Assembly (NCBI GenBank): GCA_009922595.1
Contig: RFVC01000001.1
Span: 63,947-127,946 of the forward strand
Direction: 5' to 3'
Length of the DNA stretch: 64,000 nucleotides
From: Gammaproteobacteria bacterium
Lineage (GTDB): Bacteria > Pseudomonadota > Gammaproteobacteria > Pseudomonadales > Pseudohongiellaceae
Shown: in pieces, positions 43,558-52,656 of the stretch
How positions within the stretch are numbered: the stretch's first letter is position 1
Layout: each line of letters begins with the position of its first letter
Translations under genes and position numbers: made by a program
The notes under the pieces: model-generated
Told to the model about the DNA's origin: nothing
Database searches by the model: none
What the model saw: the letters and a program-made list of their open reading frames with translations, nothing else

Positions 43558-45321
43558 ATGAAAACTTTTTACCGCTTTATCATGCTTGCCCCTTTTATGG
43601 GATTATCGCTGGTCAGTCACGCCTCTGATATTGCGAATGCGATGCAGGCCGGTGACTTTTCCCGCGTACAGCAAATGATAAGTGAAGGCGCCGATGTCAA
43701 CGAACCTCAGGTGGATGGGGCTATTGCGCTGCACTGGGCTTCCCAGTGGAATGACGTGGAGTCGGCCCGGCAACTGATCAATGTGGGTTCTGATGTAAAT
43801 AAAAGTAATCGCACTGGCGCCACGCCGCTGCAGCTGGCAGCGATCAATGGCAGTCCCGAAATGCTCTCGGTGCTGCTTGAGGCAGGGGCAGACCCCAATG
43901 GTGTGGTTTCTGTTACTAATGACACGCCACTCATGCTGGCTGCCAAGACCGGGATTGCTGATGCCGTGGAAATCCTAATTGAACATGGTGCCGAGGTGAA
44001 TGCCATGGAAACCTGGGGCCGCACTACACCACTGATGTGGGCCTCCGCGGAAGGCCATAACGAGGTGGTTGCCCTGCTGCTGGAAAACGGCGCGGAAGTA
44101 GATGCGCAAACTATTTTTGTCCCACCCGATACGACACGCGGCTTTGAGGGTACGGCTCCAAGGGATCGCGAGGAGAGGGAAGTGGGGCCTGTCCAGCATG
44201 CCAGCGGAGAAATGACCGCTCTGCACCTGGCCGTACGCAATGGACACCATCAGACCGCTGAACTGCTGCTTGATGCCGGTGCCGACATCAATGCCCTGGT
44301 GGCTGACGGTAAGAATGCGCTTGGACTGGCAATTTTCAACGGTCACTACGACCTTGCTTCCATTCTGATTGAGCGAGGCTCCGATGTGAACCAGGCGGAT
44401 GCCAGGAATTTCACACCCCTGTTCTGGGCCGTGGACCGTCGCAATATGGAAACGGCCCCGAACTTTCCCTGGGTGGTGACAGAAGACCCTTTGCCGCTCA
44501 TCAAAGAGTTACTGGATGCCGGCGCCGATCCCAATCACCTGGTCAATGATACGCCGCGGGCGAGAATGCGCGGCGGCTCTCCCCGGATTGTTTTTGCGAC
44601 GGCTGTGATGCGTGCCGCCTTTTCCGGAGATCTTGAGCTGACCCGGCTACTACTGGATTACGGAGCTGATCCCGCGATCAAGTCAAGCGACAACGAATCA
44701 ACACTCAGTGCGGCATCAGGGTTGGGGTTCATTCACGGCTACCATTTTCAACACCCCTACGAGGTTCGCCTGGAAGTGGTGAAGCTGTTGGTGGAGGAGT
44801 ACGGCCTGGATGTGAACTGGCATGATGATTACGGCATTACACCGCTCATGGTCGCCGGCAACCTAGGTGACGTGGATATTATCCAGTATCTCATAGACCA
44901 GGGCGCTGACCTGGGTGATTTTGATCTTGGCAAAAAAAATGACGGTGCCTTCGGTGCCAGTATTGAACCGCTTATGCCCATTGACTACGCTATCGGTGTC
45001 GGCACCTTTCGGCCCAATAATGCTATCGTGCTCAACCAGGAAGCCGTAGACCTTATGCAGCGAGAAATGGATGCCAGGGGAATAGAGCACGTGACCTCAG
45101 AATGTACTCTCAGGGGTTTCACCTGTTCCTACATCGACATGGACCCACGTGCAGTAACACCACAGCGCATTGCCGATGCAAGGCAGTTGCAGACCGGGCA
45201 CCAGGTAGAAAGCCTGACCTCAACGACAGGTCTGCAGGTGGAAGATGAGCAATGCCTTGAAGTCAGTGTCTCCTTCAATGAGGAACAGACTGAATTCTGC
45301 GAAGAAGCAGCAGAAAACTAG
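43558..45321 (+). CDS. periplasmic ankyrin-repeat protein
   Basis: Signal peptide MKTFYRFIMLAPFMGLSLVSHA, then about 8-10 ANK units (TPL..AA..G....V..LL..GA..N pattern repeated). Confidence 0.85.
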   Translation: MKTFYRFIMLAPFMGLSLVSHASDIANAMQAGDFSRVQQMISEGADVNEPQVDGAIALHWASQWNDVESARQLINVGSDVNKSNRTGATPLQLAAINGSPEMLSVLLEAGADPNGVVSVTNDTPLMLAAKTGIADAVEILIEHGAEVNAMETWGRTTPLMWASAEGHNEVVALLLENGAEVDAQTIFVPPDTTRGFEGTAPRDREEREVGPVQHASGEMTALHLAVRNGHHQTAELLLDAGADINALVADGKNALGLAIFNGHYDLASILIERGSDVNQADARNFTPLFWAVDRRNMETAPNFPWVVTEDPLPLIKELLDAGADPNHLVNDTPRARMRGGSPRIVFATAVMRAAFSGDLELTRLLLDYGADPAIKSSDNESTLSAASGLGFIHGYHFQHPYEVRLEVVKLLVEEYGLDVNWHDDYGITPLMVAGNLGDVDIIQYLIDQGADLGDFDLGKKNDGAFGASIEPLMPIDYAIGVGTFRPNNAIVLNQEAVDLMQREMDARGIEHVTSECTLRGFTCSYIDMDPRAVTPQRIADARQLQTGHQVESLTSTTGLQVEDEQCLEVSVSFNEEQTEFCEEAAEN

Positions 45322-45875
45322 TGCCTGTCAAAATCCCTGTAGAACAGACCCGTTGTCACGGCGGCGTAGGCCCCGTCTATTACCTGGGCGCCATAGGCAA
45401 TGTGGTCCAGGAAGTCTGAATACCCAAACAAGATAACAGCCACATAGTGGCGCCTTCAATGAAATCATCATGTCTTATGGCAACATTCACTATCGCCTCG
45501 AGAATCGGCGTGGCCTGCCATGAGGCTCTTGCTCGCTAGCCCTGAGAGGTAAAGCATTTATTACCCACGGCATGGGTTGGGGCGCCGACCAAGGCTTGGA
45601 GAGCAACGATGACACCGCTCTGGATTTTGGCGCGAATATTGACCAGTGCTGTTTCGATATCGGCTGACCATGCCTCAACGTCCTGGCCATGCAGGCCAAT
45701 GATCATCATCTACAAGTGACTCAAAGGTTTCGCTTTTGCCTGTGTAGCCATTGCGGTCGCTAGGGGCGAGGTGCCAGTCAGACGTCTGGCTGAAGACGAT
45801 GACCATAGTGCAGCCTTGAGCCAATACCGGTGATGAAATAGCAATGAGTAGAAGTTTCTGTGCTATCTTTTTCAT
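45322..45875 (-). pseudogene. probable decayed gene for a secreted protein (frameshifts and stops)
   Basis: A minus-strand ORF starts with a good signal peptide (MKKIAQKLLLIAISSPVLAQG) and stops after 66 codons. Protein-like continuations follow in the other two frames: IIGLHGQDVEAWSADIETALVNIRAKIQSGV..., ATPILEAIVNVAIRHDDFIEGA and HYVAVILFGYSDFLDHIAYGAQVIDGAYAAV.... Confidence 0.3.
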
Positions 45876-45911
45876 TCTTTATGTTGGTCTAAAACTTGTG
45901 AGTAGCTGGTT

Positions 45912-47489
45912 ATGAATAGTATCAAAAGCATTTTAGTGACGAGCGGCATTCTGCTGGTTGCGTGCAGCGAGTCCCCCATGGAGGAGAATCTTCCCAACGA
46001 TGAAAATGTAACGACAGCCTCCATGCCGATGAGCTGTGAGGACTTAGCCGAGATAAGCTTTCCAAACACGGTATTGACCAGCGTGGAAACAATTCCTGCC
46101 GGTGAATTCGAAGCCCCTACCGGTGGTTTCCCGGGTTTCGGCCCTGACTATTCCGTCCTGCCGTCATTCTGCCGCGTGGTCGGCTCCATCGAACCCACCA
46201 GCGATTCCGATATTCGTTTTGAGGTATGGCTGCCCCAGGAAAATTGGAATGGCCGATTCATGCAGACAGGAAACGGCGGAGCCGCGGGCTCTATCGTTCA
46301 CAGCTCACTGGTGAATCCATTGATGCGCGGTTATGCAGTGGCCAATACTGACACGGGACACCAGAATGGTGGACGCATGTTTGGCTGGGCAGCCGAGTAC
46401 CCTGAGAAACTGACGGACTTTGCCTGGCGTGCGGTGCATGAATTAACGGTTGTTGGAAAAGCAATCACAGAAACTCACTACGGCAGCCGACCGGAGCTTT
46501 CCTATTTCGTTGGCTGTTCCACCGGCGGCCGCCAGGGGTTGATGGAGGCGCAGCGCTTTCCCTATGACTACGATGCCGTTGTCGCGGGGGCGCCGGCGAA
46601 CAACTGGTCTTCCCTGATGGCGCTGAGCATCGTGATCCAGACCAACATGGGTAAAGGCAAGCTGGCACTGAATAAGGTAAGTCTGCTCAAGGAGGCGGCT
46701 ATTGCATCCTGCGATGCGCTGGACGGTGTTGAGGATCGCGTGATTACTAGCATTGGCCAGTGCAGTTTTGATCCTGCTGACCTGCAGTGCGCGGGTGAAT
46801 TGACTGCGCAATGCCTTTCAGAGGAAGAAGTTGCTGCTGCGCAAGCAATGTATGCAGGTGTTGTGGATTCTGAGGGCCAGGTATGGATTCCCGGCACGGG
46901 TCCGGCTAGCGAACCGCTGTGGGCTGGCTACACCAATCCGGGCTTCATGATTGGCACCAATTTTTTTCAGGACGTCGTGTTTGAGGAGAAGTCCTGGGAT
47001 CCCTATTCATTCGATGCGGATAACGATATGCCTGCCGCTGCGGATGCCGGCATCGATATCATCGCTATGGACCCTGACCTTAGCGATTTCTTTGGTCATG
47101 GTGGCAAACTCATCACTTACCATGGCACAACGGACGGCCTGATTCCTTACAGCAACACTTTAAACTACTTCAACAGCGTGCTGAAGACAGTTGGCGAAGA
47201 TGCCGTCAATGAGAGTGCACGTTTTTACCTGGTCCATGGAATGGACCACTGCGCTGGCGGTAATGGCGCTCATGCCATAGACTGGCTCAGTGCCTTGGAA
47301 AGCTGGGTGGAAGAGGGTCAAGCACCTGGCGTGATCACTGGCACCCATCCAGCACCACCTCCAGGATTCCCGGGATCAGAGAACGCCCAGCAATTTACGC
47401 GGCCAATCTGTCCATATCCAGAAGTCACAACCTATGATGGCGTTGGTGATCCGACGCTGGCGGAAAATTTTTCATGTCAGGAAAATTAG
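45912..47489 (+). CDS. tannase / feruloyl esterase family lipoprotein
   Basis: Lipobox LLVAC. FVGCSTGGRQGLMEAQRFPYDYDAVVAGAPA (the GCSxGG nucleophile motif of the family), YHGTTDGLIP and HGMDHCAGG. Confidence 0.8.
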   Translation: MNSIKSILVTSGILLVACSESPMEENLPNDENVTTASMPMSCEDLAEISFPNTVLTSVETIPAGEFEAPTGGFPGFGPDYSVLPSFCRVVGSIEPTSDSDIRFEVWLPQENWNGRFMQTGNGGAAGSIVHSSLVNPLMRGYAVANTDTGHQNGGRMFGWAAEYPEKLTDFAWRAVHELTVVGKAITETHYGSRPELSYFVGCSTGGRQGLMEAQRFPYDYDAVVAGAPANNWSSLMALSIVIQTNMGKGKLALNKVSLLKEAAIASCDALDGVEDRVITSIGQCSFDPADLQCAGELTAQCLSEEEVAAAQAMYAGVVDSEGQVWIPGTGPASEPLWAGYTNPGFMIGTNFFQDVVFEEKSWDPYSFDADNDMPAAADAGIDIIAMDPDLSDFFGHGGKLITYHGTTDGLIPYSNTLNYFNSVLKTVGEDAVNESARFYLVHGMDHCAGGNGAHAIDWLSALESWVEEGQAPGVITGTHPAPPPGFPGSENAQQFTRPICPYPEVTTYDGVGDPTLAENFSCQEN

Positions 47490-47604
47490 TCGTGTATCTT
47501 GTCTTTACTATTGTGATTTAGGAACCCTCCACGTTCCGGCCGGCTGTGTGTAAGTAGATAGGTTTTGCGGGACTATCAGCAGAAGCTATGCTTAAAAGGA
47601 TATT

Positions 47605-47689
<85 letters not shown>

Positions 47690-47721
47690 TTGAGGGGCTT
47701 CCCTATTCCGGGAAGGCGCGT

Positions 47722-47749
47722 ATTATACCTAAGCAAAAGCGCATTCCAA
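47722..47749 (-). promoter_or_regulatory. sigma-70 promoter for tRNA-Leu
   Basis: On the minus strand: TTGGAA, a 16-nt spacer, TATAAT, then a GC-rich discriminator (ACGCGCC), about 30 nt upstream of the tRNA 5' end. Confidence 0.45.
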
Positions 47750-47817
47750 TGCTAATTCCGGTTGAACTTTTAGATAGGTAAGATGCATAATATATACTTA
47801 TTTAATAGGTTTTGCAT

Positions 47818-48720
47818 ATGATAAAGCTTCGCGAACTGGAATACCTCGATGCCATAGAGCGTCACAAGCACTTCGGTAAAGCAGCCGAGGCCTGTCATGT
47901 CAGTCAGCCAACGCTGAGCGGACAGATTATCAAGCTTGAAGAGCAGCTTGGGGTCAAACTGATCGAGAGACACCGCCGCAATATCATGCTGACCCCGGCC
48001 GGTAACCAGTTGCTCATTAAAGCGCGAAAAGTCCTCAATGCTGCCCACGACCTTGAGGTCACAGCTAGAACGCTTGGCGATCCGCTGTCAGGGGAAATGC
48101 ATCTTGGCTTGATCCCTACGCTTGCACCTTATCTATTGCCTCACATCATGCCTGCGCTGATTAGCGGTCTGCCAAAAATGGATTTTTTCCTGCACGAAGA
48201 GCAGACCTCTGACCTGGTCAGGGCCCTCGACGAAGGCCGACTCGATGCGCTGATCCTGCCCTGGCTTGATGAGATGACGGATTTTGATGCTTACGATTTG
48301 TTTGATGAGCCCTTCCTGTTGGCCGTGAACAAGGACCATGAATTGGCAAAGAATAAGCGCGTCAAGCTGGAAGATCTTAGAGGCTGTCACGTGTTAACGC
48401 TTGAAGATGGTCACTGCCTGCGTGACCAGGCCCTCGGTTACTGTTTCAGTGCAGGCGCCGATGAGGACAAACGTTTCCAGGCGACCAGTCTAGAAACGCT
48501 GCGCTACATGGTCGCCTCAGGAATCGGCATCACCTTGTTACCCAAGCTGGCCATTCTTGATCAGCCTGAAAATGACGACATCTTTTACATTCCCTTCCAG
48601 CAGCCTCAGCCTTCCCGGCGCAACGTACTGCTGATTCGGCAAAATTACACGCGGGTTGAAACCGTGCGTGAAATTGTCGCGGCCATCAGAAAGGCCCTGG
48701 GACAAAACTTAAAGCTTTGA
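47818..48720 (+). CDS. oxyR: LysR-family hydrogen-peroxide sensor/regulator OxyR
   Basis: MIKLRELEYL...FGKAAEACHVSQPTLSGQI HTH and LEDGHCLRDQALGYCF carrying both redox cysteines (equivalents of C199/C208). FQATSLETLRYMVASGIGITLLP matches E. coli OxyR. Confidence 0.9.
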   Translation: MIKLRELEYLDAIERHKHFGKAAEACHVSQPTLSGQIIKLEEQLGVKLIERHRRNIMLTPAGNQLLIKARKVLNAAHDLEVTARTLGDPLSGEMHLGLIPTLAPYLLPHIMPALISGLPKMDFFLHEEQTSDLVRALDEGRLDALILPWLDEMTDFDAYDLFDEPFLLAVNKDHELAKNKRVKLEDLRGCHVLTLEDGHCLRDQALGYCFSAGADEDKRFQATSLETLRYMVASGIGITLLPKLAILDQPENDDIFYIPFQQPQPSRRNVLLIRQNYTRVETVREIVAAIRKALGQNLKL

Positions 48721-49001
48721 AAAAATTTATAAAAAGCTTTACCAGAGTTGTTTCGGGTTTACCGAACCCAGGTCATTACTCACGTTCTCTATTCTGTTGA
48801 GCTGGTGATTGGTTAAGAGAATGGCGGGCGTTATGGGATCCATTTCAACCTGGCTAGTGGCGACAGGACTTAAGAAAAACAGGCTGGGCAAGAGGGCAGA
48901 TATTTCGAGCGATCTGGACATGGCATTCATGCTGTCAATGCTAGCCCATCCTGTGTATATTTTTAGGTTTTCCAGAATTAAAGAAAAATAAAGGGGGGGC
49001 T

Positions 49002-50015
49002 ATGAAAGCGGCAGTATTCCAAGGCGTCAACAAACCACTGGTGGTGGAAGATATTCCTGCACCGGAGGCCGAGGGGACCAAGGATGTAGTGATCCGCGTC
49101 GGGCGCTGCGGCATCTGCGGCAGCGACCTGCATATCTCTGAAGATCCCATATTTGGTGTACCCGCTGGCGTGGTTCTTGGCCATGAATATTCCGGCGAGG
49201 TGGTCGGCGTGGGCAAGGAGGTCAAGGAAATCAAGGTGGGAGACCGTGTGTCGGTAAATCCTCTAACGTCCTGTGGTGAATGCACCGCCTGCCGTATCGG
49301 GGATCTGGCCATGTGCACCAGCATGATGGTTGGGGGCGGTGGTTATGGACAGTATTCCCTGGTCAAGGAACACCAATGCGTAAGAATGCCTGAGGGGGTC
49401 AGTATCGAGGATGGTGCCCTGGTAGAACCCATGGCAGTAGGTCTGCGTGCCGTTTACCTGGCGCAGATGCCGCCCGGGGCCAGAGTCCTTGTCGTTGGCG
49501 CTGGTCCTATCGGGCTTGCGGTTACTTTCTGGGCGCGCCGTTTTGGCGCCGGCAAAATCGCGGTGACGGCCTCGTCAACACGACGTGAAGACTTGGCCAT
49601 GGACATGGGGGCATCCACCTTCGTCGCTCCGAGTGAAACGCCCGTGGAAGATGTAAATACTGCATTAGGCGGTCCGCCGGAAATAGTTTTTGAGTGCGTG
49701 GGTAAGACTGGGTTGATTCAGCGCTGTATCGAACATGTGGCGCCCAGAGGCACCGTGGTGGTGGCGGGCTTGTGCACACATCCTGATACATTCAACCCAT
49801 TTCTCTTTGTCTCCAAGGAATGCCGCATGCAGCCCACCGCGTTTTACACTACACGTGATTTTCAGACTACGCTGGATGTGCTTGAAGCGGGCGACACCAG
49901 CCCTCACGGCATGATTACCGATACCATTTCCATCGATGATACGCCGGAGGCCTTTGAAGCCCTAAAGCAGCGCACTACGCAATGCAAGGTGCTGATCGAT
50001 TCTTGGAATTCATAG
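49002..50015 (+). CDS. zinc-dependent alcohol dehydrogenase (MDR superfamily)
   Basis: GRCGICGSDLH, GHEYSGEVVGVG, the structural-Zn CGECTAC and VVGAGPIGL. Strong AAGGGGGGG SD. Confidence 0.85.
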   Translation: MKAAVFQGVNKPLVVEDIPAPEAEGTKDVVIRVGRCGICGSDLHISEDPIFGVPAGVVLGHEYSGEVVGVGKEVKEIKVGDRVSVNPLTSCGECTACRIGDLAMCTSMMVGGGGYGQYSLVKEHQCVRMPEGVSIEDGALVEPMAVGLRAVYLAQMPPGARVLVVGAGPIGLAVTFWARRFGAGKIAVTASSTRREDLAMDMGASTFVAPSETPVEDVNTALGGPPEIVFECVGKTGLIQRCIEHVAPRGTVVVAGLCTHPDTFNPFLFVSKECRMQPTAFYTTRDFQTTLDVLEAGDTSPHGMITDTISIDDTPEAFEALKQRTTQCKVLIDSWNS

Positions 50016-50206
50016 CCTGGAAAGTTTCGAGGTGGTCACATACGCAGCACAGAGCGGCCTCTACCGAGTATTCCTGGACTACAGGCTAGTGGCTGACGGG
50101 CCTATTCACTTCCATGCCAAAGCGTTTCGGATCACGGTGAATTAATCGACTGGATCACGGTCTTATCTTTATCTTCACTTAAAGCGGGTTTAATAAGATG
50201 CCTGTT

Positions 50207-50241
50207 TTGCAGGTTCCTGGTTGCAGGTTGCAGGTTGCAGG
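50207..50241 (+). repeat. five tandem heptanucleotides (TTGCAGG x4 perfect, plus one TTCCTGG variant) ending 6 nt before the ugd ATG
   Basis: Read directly: TTGCAGG TTCCTGG TTGCAGG TTGCAGG TTGCAGG taaaag ATG. Confidence 0.9.
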
Positions 50242-50247
50242 TAAAAG

Positions 50248-51417
50248 ATGAAGATCGCAGTAGCAGGAATGGGGTACGTCGGACTGTCAAATGTAGTGTT
50301 GCTTGCCCAGCATAACTACGTCGTGATTACTGATCTGGTACCTGAAAAAATCGATCAGCTCAACCAGGGCTTATCACCTATCGACGATATCGATATCAGC
50401 GAGTTCCTCTCCGATGGTGATCTCACGCTGGCCGCGACACTCGAAAAGGAAGTGGCTTACCAGGATGTCGATATCGTGATCGTGGCCACGCCTACCGATT
50501 ATGATCCAGATACCAACTATTTCGATACCAGTTCCGTCGAATCCGTGATCCAGGATGTACTTGCACTGGCACCGGAAGCACTAATCGTGGTCAAGTCTAC
50601 TGTACCAGTGGGTTTTACCCGCACGATCTGTGAGAAATTCCAGACAAGTAACGTAATCTTTTCGCCTGAGTTCCTGCGTGAAGGCAGGGCGCTGCATGAT
50701 AACCTATATCCGTCCCGGATCGTCGTGGGGGAAAATTCGCCGCGGGCAGAACAATTCGCAGCCCTGCTGAAAGCAGGGGCCAGGAAGGAAGCGATCGAGA
50801 CCGTATTCACGGATTCCACCGAGGCCGAGGCCATCAAGCTGTTCGCCAATACCTACCTTGCCATGCGTGTCGCCTATTTTAACGAACTGGATACCTTTGC
50901 AGCGATGCATGGTCTGGATGCCAGGCATATTATCAAGGGCGTTTCTCTAGATCCCCGCATCGGTGATTACTACAACAATCCCAGCTTTGGATATGGTGGT
51001 TACTGCCTGCCCAAGGATACCCAGCAACTGCTCGCCAACTACCAGGATGTGCCGCAGAACCTGATCAGGGCTATCGTCGATGCCAATACGACACGCAAGG
51101 ACTACATCGGACTGGATATAGTGGCACGGAAACCGAAAGTGGTTGGTGTACACCGGCTGGTCATGAAGGGTGGGTCGGATAATTTCCGCAGTTCAAGCAT
51201 TCAGGGCATCATGAAACGCATTAAGGGGAAGGGTATCAAGGTCGTCGTGTATGAGCCGACCTTGCAGGAAGAGACTTTCTTCAATTCACAGGTGATCAAC
51301 GACCTGGACACTTTCAAGAAGACTGCCGATCTCATCATCGCCAACCGTATGACGGAAGAGCTGGAGGATGTGCGGGAGAAGATCTATACCCGGGATCTGT
51401 TCGGTGGAGACAGTTAG
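50248..51417 (+). CDS. ugd: UDP-glucose 6-dehydrogenase
   Basis: [24 protein letters not shown] and the catalytic-Cys motif [10 protein letters not shown], 389 aa. Confidence 0.92.
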   Translation: MKIAVAGMGYVGLSNVVLLAQHNYVVITDLVPEKIDQLNQGLSPIDDIDISEFLSDGDLTLAATLEKEVAYQDVDIVIVATPTDYDPDTNYFDTSSVESVIQDVLALAPEALIVVKSTVPVGFTRTICEKFQTSNVIFSPEFLREGRALHDNLYPSRIVVGENSPRAEQFAALLKAGARKEAIETVFTDSTEAEAIKLFANTYLAMRVAYFNELDTFAAMHGLDARHIIKGVSLDPRIGDYYNNPSFGYGGYCLPKDTQQLLANYQDVPQNLIRAIVDANTTRKDYIGLDIVARKPKVVGVHRLVMKGGSDNFRSSSIQGIMKRIKGKGIKVVVYEPTLQEETFFNSQVINDLDTFKKTADLIIANRMTEELEDVREKIYTRDLFGGDS

Positions 51418-51463
51418 GGAACGATACAGGGAGAAAAAGGATAAATAAAAGGATAAAGGGATT

Positions 51464-51494
51464 AAAAAAGGGCGACCAGTAGGTCGCCTTTTTT
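51464..51494. terminator. bidirectional rho-independent terminator between convergent ugd and the MetE-like gene
   Basis: AAAAAAG-GGCGACC-AGTA-GGTCGCC-TTTTTT: an A-run and a T-run flank a 7-bp GC stem. Confidence 0.8.
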
Positions 51495-51510
51495 ATCCCT
51501 TCAAGATACT

Positions 51511-52656
51511 TCAGTTTTTGAAGAACCAGTCAGAGGCGATAGCAGCGCCTTCTGCCAGTGATTTCAGTTTCAGCCAGGCCACGCCGGGATCAATTGACGC
51601 CTGTCCCACGTGAATGCTGAAGCCGCAGTCTGTGCCGGCCATAACGTTTTCCTTGCCGACCAGGTCCGCGTAGCGCTTGATACGCTGGGCAATCAGTTCC
51701 GGATGCTCGATATAGTTTGACTGCACCTCGACGACGCCGGGGCAGAGCACTTTACCTTCAGGCAACTTGTAATCTTCGAACAGGGCCCACTCGTGTGCAT
51801 GTCTAGGGTTGGCCGCCTCAAAGAGCAGGGTCTGGGGTTTCGCTTTCATGACGACATCAATGATGTCCTTGAAATTCATATCGCAGTGGTGAGGCCCGCC
51901 GTAGTTGCCCCAGCACAGGTGCATGCGCAGCTGCTCTGCGGGAATATTCTGTACGGCATGATTCAGTGCCTCCACGTGGAGTGCTGCGACCTTGCGAAAA
52001 TCATCAAGCGAAACGCCGTCTGAGTTCATGTGCCGGCCCATGGCCAGGTCAGGGCAGTCAATCTGCAGCGTGGCACCGGATTCGGCAATGATTTCATACT
52101 CTGTACGCATGGCCTCGGCAATGGCAAAGACATATTCCTCGTGGGTGGGGTAGTACTCGTTCTTGAAGAAAATCGAAGTCACGCCCGGCGAGGCAGAGCT
52201 GAAGAAAGCGTATTCCATGTTGCCCCCTGTGGCCTCCTGCATATTTTTCACGTCTTCATGGACGTCATCAGTGGTTTTCACGCTGATGGGGCCCTTACAG
52301 CCCGGCGCATGTCGGTGCTGGCGTGCCGGGTCCTCGCCTACGCGCCTGGCAAGATTGGGGAATTCAACCAGGTCGGCAAAAATGTAGGTATTCTCGCTGC
52401 CGCCAAAGCCATCCAGCCTGTCCTTGATATAGGTGGCATAACTGGGTTTCGACTGCTCACCGTCATTCACGACGTCGACGCCAAGATCTTTCTGCTTTTT
52501 CACAATATCCTTCACCGCCTGGCGAATGCGTTCATGCAGCGCTTCCTCATCCACGGGAACGCCGTCCTCCCTGGCCCACATCATGTGCATTAGGTCTTCT
52601 TCGCGTGGCAAGCTGCCAACGTGAGTCGTGAGAAAGTGATCGGTACTTCTTGGCAT
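51511..52656 (-). CDS. cobalamin-independent methionine synthase-like (MetE catalytic-domain-only) Zn methyltransferase
   Basis: 381 aa with HVGSLPR, the Zn/thiol motifs HLCWGNY and MAGTDCGF, and no N-terminal MetE barrel. AAGGGGA SD. Confidence 0.8.
   Translation of the reverse strand: MPRSTDHFLTTHVGSLPREEDLMHMMWAREDGVPVDEEALHERIRQAVKDIVKKQKDLGVDVVNDGEQSKPSYATYIKDRLDGFGGSENTYIFADLVEFPNLARRVGEDPARQHRHAPGCKGPISVKTTDDVHEDVKNMQEATGGNMEYAFFSSASPGVTSIFFKNEYYPTHEEYVFAIAEAMRTEYEIIAESGATLQIDCPDLAMGRHMNSDGVSLDDFRKVAALHVEALNHAVQNIPAEQLRMHLCWGNYGGPHHCDMNFKDIIDVVMKAKPQTLLFEAANPRHAHEWALFEDYKLPEGKVLCPGVVEVQSNYIEHPELIAQRIKRYADLVGKENVMAGTDCGFSIHVGQASIDPGVAWLKLKSLAEGAAIASDWFFKN

Noticed and set aside
47761-47820. 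OxyR autoregulatory box upstream of oxyR
   Set aside because: ATAG elements are present (47774, 47805), but the partner CTAT elements and the N7 spacing of the consensus are not met.
48739-49324. Minus-strand ORFs 48739-48930 and 48941-49324 between oxyR and the ADH gene
   Set aside because: The second overlaps the ADH start region and is Pro/Ser/Thr-rich. The first has no SD or recognisable motif. Both are treated as non-coding.
50207-50241. Tandem repeat considered as a CRISPR array or minisatellite
   Set aside because: The units are only 7 nt with no spacers. It is reported as a simple sequence repeat instead.
51421-51460. AAAGGATAAA direct repeat after the ugd stop
   Set aside because: It is a low-complexity A-rich tail immediately before the terminator, with no evidence of function.
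52030-52593. 187-codon plus-strand ORF antisense to the MetE-like gene
   Set aside because: It is a shadow frame inside a gene with clear MetE motifs.
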